Below the pieces are notes generated by a model. That model did no database searches and was not told where the DNA came from. It saw only the letters and a list, made by a program, of their open reading frames with translations. The position numbers were made by a program, and so were the translations under genes. A stretch of DNA of 64,000 bases from Patescibacteria group bacterium UBA5147 (GTDB lineage: Bacteria > Patescibacteriota > Saccharimonadia > UBA4664), in NCBI GenBank assembly GCA_002415345.1, contig DHXV01000001.1, forward strand, positions 332,517-396,516, given 5' to 3'. This document shows positions 46,125 through 54,310 of the stretch, one piece after another (position 1 is the stretch's first letter; each line of letters starts with the position of its first letter).

Positions 46125-47129
46125 ATGTACGAGTCGATGCACAACCACACGGTTATTTCCGATGGCCTGCAATCCCATCTTGAGGTCTTGGAATCTGCCC
46201 ACGAGGCCGGTTTCAAGGTCATAGCTTTTACCGACCACGATGTCTTTCCGGATGATGCCATCATGGGGCAGCTCAAAGGCTATGACGGCCCGGTAACCTG
46301 GACCCTGGGCATTGAATTGTCATGCGGTTTACCGACCGAGCTGGGAGGCACCGACGAAGGCAATCTGCATGTTTTGGGGTACTTCTGTGACCCACAGAAC
46401 TCGCAGCTGCGGGAATACCTCGCGAAGCTGGGTTCAAGCCGGATTGTGCGGCTGGGGCGGCAGGTAAAACATATTCAATCTCTGGGGTTTGACCTCACTG
46501 TTGAGGATTGTCTGGCGGTCGCCGGTATTGGCGCGCCGGGATCGCACCATGTGGTTACGGCTCTTAAACTTAAGCCGGCGAACTTGAATCGCATTGATGT
46601 GCTAAGAAGCGAATTTGAGGCGGCGTCCAAAACCGATACCGACCTTGCCCGCGATTACGCCGTCATGATGGACCGCGGCCCGGTGCAGTATCCGTACGCT
46701 TTATTCATGAAGGGCAGCTCCTTCAAGCCCATGCCCGAGGACACGCTCGGAAGCGGCATGGTAGACTTTGACGATGCCGTGCGACTAATCCGTGGAGCTG
46801 GCGGCATCGCCGTGTTGGCGCATTGGTACTTCCATGAAGACCAGTTCCCCCGCGCCGCACTGAGCACGGTTATCTCGGACGGCCGCATCGACGGTATTGA
46901 GACCGCCGTATATAACCGCCAGATCGGGACGGCGGATTATTCCGCGCAACATCAATATTTGGCCGCCTTGGCCGCCCGCCTTGGCTGCGCCACAGTCATA
47001 GGAATCGACGGCCACTACCCGGACGATTTTCAAGTTTTTCTGGACAGCGGCCTCGCCGGCAGCACCGTCGGGCAGTTCCAGGCGCTAATCGACCGTTTTA
47101 AACCAGCACTAATCATAGGTAATCTCTAA
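46125..47129 (+). CDS. PHP-domain metal-dependent phosphoesterase (TrpH/YciV-like), paralog 1.
   Basis: PHP motif I HNHTVISDG and motif II AFTDHD. Confidence 0.7.
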   Translation: MYESMHNHTVISDGLQSHLEVLESAHEAGFKVIAFTDHDVFPDDAIMGQLKGYDGPVTWTLGIELSCGLPTELGGTDEGNLHVLGYFCDPQNSQLREYLAKLGSSRIVRLGRQVKHIQSLGFDLTVEDCLAVAGIGAPGSHHVVTALKLKPANLNRIDVLRSEFEAASKTDTDLARDYAVMMDRGPVQYPYALFMKGSSFKPMPEDTLGSGMVDFDDAVRLIRGAGGIAVLAHWYFHEDQFPRAALSTVISDGRIDGIETAVYNRQIGTADYSAQHQYLAALAARLGCATVIGIDGHYPDDFQVFLDSGLAGSTVGQFQALIDRFKPALIIGNL

Positions 47130-48139
47130 TGTACGAATCGTTACACAACCACACTTTGGCCTCGGATGGCTCCCAAACCTACTTGGAGGTGCTGGAAACG
47201 GCCAAGGACCTGGGTTTTGGAACCGTGGCTTTTACCGACCACGATTCGCTGCCCGACGAGAAGGCGCTCAACCAGTTGGCCTTCTACGAAGGCCCGGTAA
47301 AGTGGCTGTTAGGCTGCGAGATTTCCAGCGGTCTGCCCAAGGAACTTGGGGGCGAACCCACGGGGTCGCTGCACATCCTGGGATTGTTTACCGATCCTGA
47401 CAACGAAGCTTTGCTCGAGCATTGCCGCAAGGCAAACACAGCCCGGACGGAACGCATGGAGTTGATGGTGAAAAACCTGCAGCGAATCGGCCTGACGATA
47501 TCGGTCGAGGATTGCCTGCACGAGTCCAGCGGCGAAAACGTCGGTCGGCGGCATATTGCCCAGGCTATCTTTGCCCACCCTGAAAACGAGGAGGTAATCG
47601 ACCGTATCAAGGACGAAATGGAGGTTGCAGCACGCGACGACGCCGGAGTGGCGATGCAGTATATGCGCCTGCTGGAGCGCGACCGCAGCGACTACCCGTT
47701 CCGGCTGTTCCTGGCTCCCGAGGCCTACATCGGCGACGTGTATGTCGACTACTTGTATTGGGTTGATATGGACAGCGCTGTAAAGCTGATCCGAGACGCC
47801 GGAGGTATCGCAATCTTGGCCCACTGGTTTACTATCAAAGACTCGATGAGCCTGGAGATGGTTGAGGGCATGCTGAGTGACGGCCGGCTGGATGGCATCG
47901 AAATCATGGGTAAGCCTGGCAACGGCGACGCCGTCCGCGCCGCGCCCGCCATGAAGGAACTGGCCGAAAAAACCGGATGCGTCGCGACTTACGGCATCGA
48001 CGGCCATAGTTACGGGCAGATGCGCGGCTTCGCCAGTGATCGTACGCTGGCTGAAGCAACGGTCGGTCAGACGGCAGCTATTATTAAGCGTTTCAAGCCG
48101 GATCTTGGCTGGACCAACTTCCCTGACGGACTCAAATAG
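47129..48139 (+). CDS. PHP-domain phosphoesterase, paralog 2 (TAATG coupling with paralog 1).
   Basis: HNHTLASDG and AFTDHD. Collinear with paralog 1. Confidence 0.7.
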   Translation: MYESLHNHTLASDGSQTYLEVLETAKDLGFGTVAFTDHDSLPDEKALNQLAFYEGPVKWLLGCEISSGLPKELGGEPTGSLHILGLFTDPDNEALLEHCRKANTARTERMELMVKNLQRIGLTISVEDCLHESSGENVGRRHIAQAIFAHPENEEVIDRIKDEMEVAARDDAGVAMQYMRLLERDRSDYPFRLFLAPEAYIGDVYVDYLYWVDMDSAVKLIRDAGGIAILAHWFTIKDSMSLEMVEGMLSDGRLDGIEIMGKPGNGDAVRAAPAMKELAEKTGCVATYGIDGHSYGQMRGFASDRTLAEATVGQTAAIIKRFKPDLGWTNFPDGLK

Positions 48140-48219
48140 CTTTTCACTTGTAATGCTTTAAGCGTAAGCAGTATTATTGTCATAATACTCCGCATTACAT
48201 CAGGTGAAGGGAGTCGCAC

Positions 48220-48540
48220 ATGTCCAAAAACGCCCGTATCAGTCAGCACGCCATGCAATCGCAATGGAGCGGCCCCACGCATAGAGATGTATTGAATGCC
48301 AGCGGGCGTCGCAACTCAATTATCCGCTTTGTCCGCACCGGCCGTGGTCCCCATATGGAGCTCCTAATCCAGGTTGGCCAAGCCTTCACTGGTAACGACA
48401 ACAAAATCGTCGTTTTCACCGGCCGCACGGTCGACGGCAAATACACCATCAAAGGCGTTCTTGATGGCACAGCTCGCGGCCCGGCGCTAGCCACAATTGA
48501 GCGTACACCGTTCAAATGGGTTGGTCGCCGCGCAAGTTAA
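48220..48540 (+). CDS. Hypothetical protein (106 aa).
   Basis: ORF only. Confidence 0.4.
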   Translation: MSKNARISQHAMQSQWSGPTHRDVLNASGRRNSIIRFVRTGRGPHMELLIQVGQAFTGNDNKIVVFTGRTVDGKYTIKGVLDGTARGPALATIERTPFKWVGRRAS

Positions 48541-48775
48541 TGTTTCTCGGCGCTCAAGTTCGTCACTCTAGCCACACAGGCTCAACATCCCTTATCCACT
48601 GCCCGCCGCCAGGCGGGCCTTATTTTGTTTACGTAAGGTTGATTAGTAACCACAATCCGTGCCTGCAAATGCATCGGCATTGGCTGCATTGTAGTTTACC
48701 CGAGCAATAAAATCTGCTATAACAATAACCTGCGAGACCGTCTCGTTGTATCCTCACAAATTGGAAGTGATTTGG

Positions 48776-48928
48776 CGTGCCCGACATATGCAGACATTGC
48801 AAAACGAGGCTTCAGAAATGTCCTGATTGCGGTGGATGGGGTCATACCACATCCTTTCTTTCAAGGTTCACCTGCAATACGTGCGGCGGTTCAGGCAAGC
48901 TGTGCCCGACGCATGGAAAAAACACGTA
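48776..48928 (+). CDS. Mini-ORF (about 50 aa, GTG start) encoding a DnaJ-type zinc-finger repeat peptide: VPDICRHCKTRLQKCPDCGGWGHTTSFLSRFTCNTCGGSGKLCPTHGKNT.
   Basis: Two exact CxxCxGxG motifs (CPDCGGWG, CNTCGGSG) plus CxxC and CxxHG. GGAAG about 9 nt upstream. Overlaps the track ORF 48772-48963, which is in another frame with a low-complexity product. Coordinates approximate (+/-2). Confidence 0.45.
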
Positions 48929-48996
48929 ATGCCCGCCCGCCCAATTTCTCAAAGAATTCCTAACCAAGAAGCCCTACCGTCAGGTAGGGCTTAGTT

Positions 48997-50835
48997 ATGC
49001 CGCACAGTTTCGTATTTTGTTCGCGCTTTTCAGATAAAGGGTATAATCGGGCTATGGATGAAGTGGCGGAAATCAAGAACCGGCTGGAGATTACGGAGGT
49101 GGTGGCAAATTACCTTCCGCTCAAGCAATCCGGGCGGAACCTGAAGGCGGCGTGTCCGTTCCATCAGGAAAAATCCGCCAGCTTCATGGTGAGCCCGGAG
49201 CGGGGGATATATCACTGCTTCGGTTGTAATGAAGGCGGCGATATATTCAGCTTCGTCATGAAGATGGAGGGGCTGGAGTTCCGCGAGGCGTTGGAAAAGC
49301 TGGCGCGTCAGGCAGGAGTCGAGCTTAAAGCCCGCAAGGGTGAAAGCGCCGACCTCAACCGGCGCCGGACGCGGATTTATGAGGCCACGGAGCTGGCTGC
49401 CCGTTATTTCCAGGCTTCGCTCGTACAGAATCCCAATGCGCTTGAGTACGTCATCAAAAAGCGGCATCTCAACCGTGAAACCGTCAAAGCCTTTCAAATT
49501 GGCTATGCCCCGGACTCTTGGAACGCCCTGACCGACTTTCTGACTAAAAAAGGTTTCAGCCATGAAGAAATGCTGGAGGCCGGCCTGGCGGGTCAAAAAG
49601 AGGGGCGGAACACCGTTTATGACCTGTTCCGCGGTCGGCTGACCTTTACTATTTGCGACCGAGACGGCCGGCCGATCGGCTTCACCGCCCGGGTATTGGA
49701 CGACAGCCTCCCTAAATACCTAAATACCCCCCAAACTCCGTTGTATGACAAATCCAGCGCCATTTTTGGGCTCCATCTGGCCCGCGAAGCAATTCGTGCC
49801 GGCGATGAGGTCGTCCTCGTTGAGGGCAATATGGACGTGGTGGCGAGCCATCAGGCAGGTGTGCTACAGGTAGTAGCGACGTCGGGCACGGCTTTGACGT
49901 TGGACCAATTGCGCACGCTCAGCAAGCTCACCAAAAACATTAAACTCGCCTTCGACTCGGACCGCGCCGGACTGGCCGCTACCGAGCGGGCCATCGAGCT
50001 GGGCCAAAAGCTCGGACTCACGCTCAGAATGGTCGAAGTCCAGGGGGCCAAGGACGCTGACGAGCTGATCCAACAGAGTCCCCAGGCCTGGAGTGAGGCG
50101 ATTGCCAGTGCCAAATACATTATCGACTATTTGATTGACCGCTTTGAACACGATTTTGACCTGACGACCTCAATCGGCAAGCGGCAGTACGCCGACCGTT
50201 TGGCGGCCAATCTTCGCCGCCTCGGCGACCCGGTTGAGCAGGACCACTACGTAAAGGTCTTGGCGGGCAAACTTGATATCGATGAAGACGCCATCAAAGC
50301 CAAGATCAACCAAACGGACAAGGCCGCCTATGCTCCGGCCGGCAGCCCCGGTCCAGTGAGCGAAAGCAACGAACCGTCGCCAAGGGCTAAAATTCAGGCG
50401 CAAGGCAAACCCAGCATGAGCGTCCAACAGGAAGAGGCCGTTCTGGCTATTACTTTGGCCTACCCTCTGACCAGATTGACGCTGCAGGATTTGACGGTCG
50501 ATTGTTTTACCGCGAAATCGCGGCAGGAAATATATGATTTGCTTTGTTCCAAGAGCCAGGATTCCGGCGATATGATCGCATCAAACATGAGCGAGTACGG
50601 CAATTACGCCAAGGAACTGCTGATGATTGCCGAAAAAGAGTACGGACATATGGAAGAGGACAAACTGGCGTTTCAAGCCTTTGAGACGGCCAGCGTGGTT
50701 TTGAAAAACCACTATAAAGCCCTACAGAACGAAATCATCATCCGGTTGCGCGAGGCCGAGCAACAAAAAGATGACGCACTGATTAAGAAACTGAGCCTGG
50801 AATATCAGGAAATTCTCAACAAAAGCGCCGAATGA
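48997..50835 (+). CDS. dnaG: DNA primase DnaG; probable true start at Met20 (49054, MDEVAEIKNRLEI), with TATAAT 7 nt upstream, so possibly leaderless.
   Basis: Zinc-binding CPFHQEK...HCFGCNEGGD and TOPRIM EGNMDVV...DSDRAG. Confidence 0.9.
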   Translation: MPHSFVFCSRFSDKGYNRAMDEVAEIKNRLEITEVVANYLPLKQSGRNLKAACPFHQEKSASFMVSPERGIYHCFGCNEGGDIFSFVMKMEGLEFREALEKLARQAGVELKARKGESADLNRRRTRIYEATELAARYFQASLVQNPNALEYVIKKRHLNRETVKAFQIGYAPDSWNALTDFLTKKGFSHEEMLEAGLAGQKEGRNTVYDLFRGRLTFTICDRDGRPIGFTARVLDDSLPKYLNTPQTPLYDKSSAIFGLHLAREAIRAGDEVVLVEGNMDVVASHQAGVLQVVATSGTALTLDQLRTLSKLTKNIKLAFDSDRAGLAATERAIELGQKLGLTLRMVEVQGAKDADELIQQSPQAWSEAIASAKYIIDYLIDRFEHDFDLTTSIGKRQYADRLAANLRRLGDPVEQDHYVKVLAGKLDIDEDAIKAKINQTDKAAYAPAGSPGPVSESNEPSPRAKIQAQGKPSMSVQQEEAVLAITLAYPLTRLTLQDLTVDCFTAKSRQEIYDLLCSKSQDSGDMIASNMSEYGNYAKELLMIAEKEYGHMEEDKLAFQAFETASVVLKNHYKALQNEIIIRLREAEQQKDDALIKKLSLEYQEILNKSAE

Positions 50836-51082
50836 TTGGTTGACAAAAGTAAGTTTCGAGCATACCATCAAACAGTTACGGGGCAGTCATTCATTAAAGT
50901 GTTGAAACCGCTCCTGCAGACCACAGTATCGAAGCTATTCGACTGACAAGCGGCTGCAAATCACGGTCAAAACATAAATATTTGAATATAAACCGGCTAC
51001 GCTAACCCTTTAAAGAGGGCGAATGCGAGGCTGGATTTCGAGTTAAATATCGTAATCATCGATTTATTTAGGAGTACTAAGT

Positions 51083-52189
51083 TTGGCGAAAAAGCACGTA
51101 GAAGAAGAGTCCGCAGAGAATTCAACCAGTTATTCACCCGAAGTCGAGCGTCTGATTGCCAAGGGCAAGGAACAGGGATTCGTTACCCAGCAGGAAATTG
51201 CCGGAGTTATTCCCGAAGCCGAAGAGAACCTGGAAGAACTGGACGAGCTTTATGCCGCTCTGACCGAGCAGGGCGTAGAAGTAACCGATCAGAAGGACGC
51301 GCTTATTTGGGATAAGGATGATGAGGAGCCGACCTCCGGCGGCGACGATTACATCAAGGATATCGCCGACGACTCCGTCCGCCTCTACCTGCGCGAAATC
51401 GGCAAGATCCCGTTGCTCACCAGCGAGCAGGAAGTTGCCCTTGCCAAGCGCATCGAGCAGGGCGATAAAGCGGCCAAAGATGCCATGGCCGAGGCCAACA
51501 TGCGTCTGGTGGTTTCCATCGCCAAGAAATACATTGGCCGGGGACTCGACCTGTTGGACCTCATCCAGGAAGGCAACACCGGCTTGCTTCGCGCCGTCGA
51601 GAAGTTCGACTACGAGAAAGGCTTCAAATTCAGTACTTACGCCACTTGGTGGATCCGTCAGGCCATTACGCGTGCCATTGCCGACCAGGCCCGCACCATA
51701 CGGATCCCGGTACACATGGTCGAGACCATCAACAAGCTCATCCGCACCCAGCGCCGCCTGGTCCAGGAACTTGGCCGCGAGCCGCTGCCGGAAGAAATCG
51801 CCGCCGAAATGGAAATGGACGTCGAGAAGGTCAACCACATCCTTAAGATCAAGCAGGACATCGTTTCGTTGGAAGCACCCGTGGGCGAAGAAGAAGATTC
51901 CGCCCTGGGCGACTTCATCGCCGACGAAGACGCTCCAACGCCGTTGGAGGCCGCGACCCATCAGCTCCTCAAGGAGCACGTCAACGAAGTGCTGGCCCTG
52001 CTCACCCCGCGCGAGCAGAAAATCCTGCGCATGCGCTTTGGCCTGGAAGACGGCCGCAGCCACACCCTGGAAGAGGTCGGCCAGGAGTTCGGCGTCACTC
52101 GTGAGCGTATCCGTCAGATTGAGGCCAAGGCCTTGGCGAAACTGCGCAAGCACCGCGAGAGCAAGAAGCTTAAGGACTACCTCCGCTAA
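51083..52189 (+). CDS. rpoD: RNA polymerase primary sigma factor (sigma70/RpoD), compact 368-aa form.
   Basis: Regions 1.2, 2, 3 and 4. Region 2.4 [17 protein letters not shown] and the C-terminal [15 protein letters not shown]. Confidence 0.95.
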   Translation: MAKKHVEEESAENSTSYSPEVERLIAKGKEQGFVTQQEIAGVIPEAEENLEELDELYAALTEQGVEVTDQKDALIWDKDDEEPTSGGDDYIKDIADDSVRLYLREIGKIPLLTSEQEVALAKRIEQGDKAAKDAMAEANMRLVVSIAKKYIGRGLDLLDLIQEGNTGLLRAVEKFDYEKGFKFSTYATWWIRQAITRAIADQARTIRIPVHMVETINKLIRTQRRLVQELGREPLPEEIAAEMEMDVEKVNHILKIKQDIVSLEAPVGEEEDSALGDFIADEDAPTPLEAATHQLLKEHVNEVLALLTPREQKILRMRFGLEDGRSHTLEEVGQEFGVTRERIRQIEAKALAKLRKHRESKKLKDYLR

Positions 52190-52213
52190 GTCCAAGCTAA
52201 TACTCGGATAGAT

Positions 52214-52242
52214 AAGAAGAGACCCGACCGGGGTCTCTTCTT
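52214..52242 (+). terminator. Strong hairpin (AAGAAGAGACCCGACCGGGGTCTCTTCTT) after rpoD; no clear U-tract.
   Basis: 12-bp stem. Confidence 0.45.
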
Positions 52243-52290
52243 AGTTGTGCAAAGATAGCGTTATCAGATAGGCTGTAAGGGAACTATCCG

Positions 52291-52977
52291 TTGGTACCTA
52301 CTGTTTGGAGCATCATGAGACAACTACCTGACGTGGTTGTGGTCGGCCCGCCCGTCGCCGGCAAAGGGACGGTTAGCAAAGTACTGGTCGAATGCGGCTA
52401 TGGCTCAATCATCGACACGGGCTCGCTCGTGAGGGCTGAGCTCGCAACGCTAGGCGAAACCGCACCCGAGCGCAATCGCCAAGGTGCCTATGCCACCGAG
52501 ATGATTCGCAGGCACGGTGGCGGCTATTTTGTGGATCCATGGCTCGAGTCTGATCAGGGACCCTACGTCATCGACGGGCCGCGGCGTCAGATTGAAATCG
52601 ATCATCTACTCGGGCGTGGCGCCTTGCTGTTGTTCGTGGATGCCCCCATTGATTGGCGCCACGAGTGGAGTAGTGCCCGCGACACCGAGCGCGATGGACT
52701 GACACGTTCGGAGTTTGGAGACAAGGACATGTTGGAGTGGGGGTACAAGGAGTACCCGCTTCATGGGTTTATCAAGCACAATGACCCCCATGAGCGTAAT
52801 CTTCGCCACGCACTCGGTCACGCCCATGCCATCCTCAACAACACCACTAGCCGCGAAACGCTTGAACATCTCACGCAGCTGTGCGTGAAGCACATGTTGA
52901 CCGGCAAGGTGGGGCAGGGCAGCCAATGGGGCCAGCGAGTTTATGGCCTGGCAATGCCGCAGTTTGTCCACGCTTAG
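52291..52977 (+). CDS. P-loop nucleotide kinase-like protein (adenylate-kinase-like N-terminus) with a divergent C-terminal domain.
   Basis: VVVGPPVAGKGTVSKVL Walker A. Confidence 0.5.
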   Translation: MVPTVWSIMRQLPDVVVVGPPVAGKGTVSKVLVECGYGSIIDTGSLVRAELATLGETAPERNRQGAYATEMIRRHGGGYFVDPWLESDQGPYVIDGPRRQIEIDHLLGRGALLLFVDAPIDWRHEWSSARDTERDGLTRSEFGDKDMLEWGYKEYPLHGFIKHNDPHERNLRHALGHAHAILNNTTSRETLEHLTQLCVKHMLTGKVGQGSQWGQRVYGLAMPQFVHA

Positions 52978-53105
52978 CAGCCCGGACGTATCAACATTAC
53001 TGTTGGTATGTCCGGGCTTTGTCATGCGTCGCATTGGGTTGACAACGCATTTCAAGGTGCTAATATATTTGATTCCCAACACGAGGCCGCCACAAGCAGC
53101 CCGGG

Positions 53106-53954
53106 ATGTACCTTAAGGTGAACTCATGTAAATCTTCTGCACCATCGATCCCGTTAGGAGACCGAATCGTGCGACGTTTTAGGATTTTAGAAGCGATTTC
53201 AGCAGTTATCGTACTTGCTCTGATGGCGATGGCTTTCATCATCGGCACGCCAACGGCGTACAAGGGAGAGTCATTCAAGCCTGAGCCGGCTGCTATGGCG
53301 AGCAATTTCAGGCAAACTGTACCTCCTAGCGTAGTAGTCAGCCGCTCGGAAATCCGTCCCGCCATCGAGTCCTCTCGCAGGCAGGCTGACGGTTCCAAGG
53401 CGACTAAGGTCGTCGGGCGCTACACGGTTAAGGGCGGCGACACGCTGTCCCAGATTGCCGTCGACCACCATCTCAGATCGTGGCATCCGTTGGCCGTTGC
53501 AAATACCGACACGATCAAGAACCCGGACCTGATCTTCATCGGGCAGAAATTGCGTGTTCCAACCAACGGTCAGGTTGCCAAAGCCCCCACGGCCCAAACC
53601 CAGCCGAAACGGTCTTCCGTGGCGCATATTGTCGTCAGACAGCCCATTGCCGTAAATGGCAGCCCTCAGGTAATAGCCAGGCAGCTGCTCGTAGGTCGTG
53701 GCTGGAGCAGCCAGTGGAGCTGCCTCAACTCGCTCATCAACCGCGAGAGCGGCTGGAATGTCCACGCCACCAACTCCGGCAGCGGGGCCTATGGTATTCC
53801 GCAATCCCTTCCGGGCGGTAAAATGGCATCGGCAGGTTCCAACTGGCGCGACAGCGCCCGAACCCAGCTTGAGTGGATGATGGGATACATCCACGCCCGG
53901 TATGGCAGCCCGTGCGGCGCCTGGGGACACAGCCAGGCCACCGGCTGGTACTAG
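53106..53954 (+). CDS. LysM-domain peptidoglycan hydrolase (C-terminal lysozyme/transglycosylase-like domain).
   Basis: LysM YTVKGGDTLSQIAVDHH...IFIGQKLRVP. C-terminus ESGWNVHATNSGSGAYGIPQ...GSPCGAWGH. Confidence 0.6.
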   Translation: MYLKVNSCKSSAPSIPLGDRIVRRFRILEAISAVIVLALMAMAFIIGTPTAYKGESFKPEPAAMASNFRQTVPPSVVVSRSEIRPAIESSRRQADGSKATKVVGRYTVKGGDTLSQIAVDHHLRSWHPLAVANTDTIKNPDLIFIGQKLRVPTNGQVAKAPTAQTQPKRSSVAHIVVRQPIAVNGSPQVIARQLLVGRGWSSQWSCLNSLINRESGWNVHATNSGSGAYGIPQSLPGGKMASAGSNWRDSARTQLEWMMGYIHARYGSPCGAWGHSQATGWY

Positions 53955-54310
53955 AAGCAATATGTGAACCGCGATGTGGTTTGAGCTTAGCTGATACGGA
54001 AACGTATCGGCGGATCTCCTGCCCTTTCACCTCTCACATCTTGTTGTCTGCGGTACGAAAGGGCGGGTTCAATCATGAACCTTTAACCTTGGCGTAACCG
54101 CATTGCTTGATTGCACCTGACGTTCGCGCCAATTTGGCGCTTCGTGAGCACCTGTTCCACCCGGTGTCTTAGACCCCGTTCCGGCTTAGCCGTACTAGTC
54201 GGCTTCCACCGTTCGGCCGCGTCTTTCGCGATTTATCTTGGGCGTGTACACCGTCCATCTCGTGTCGCGACGCCCACTTAACCCTGTGCGAGCTGCAGCT
54301 CGCATACATC

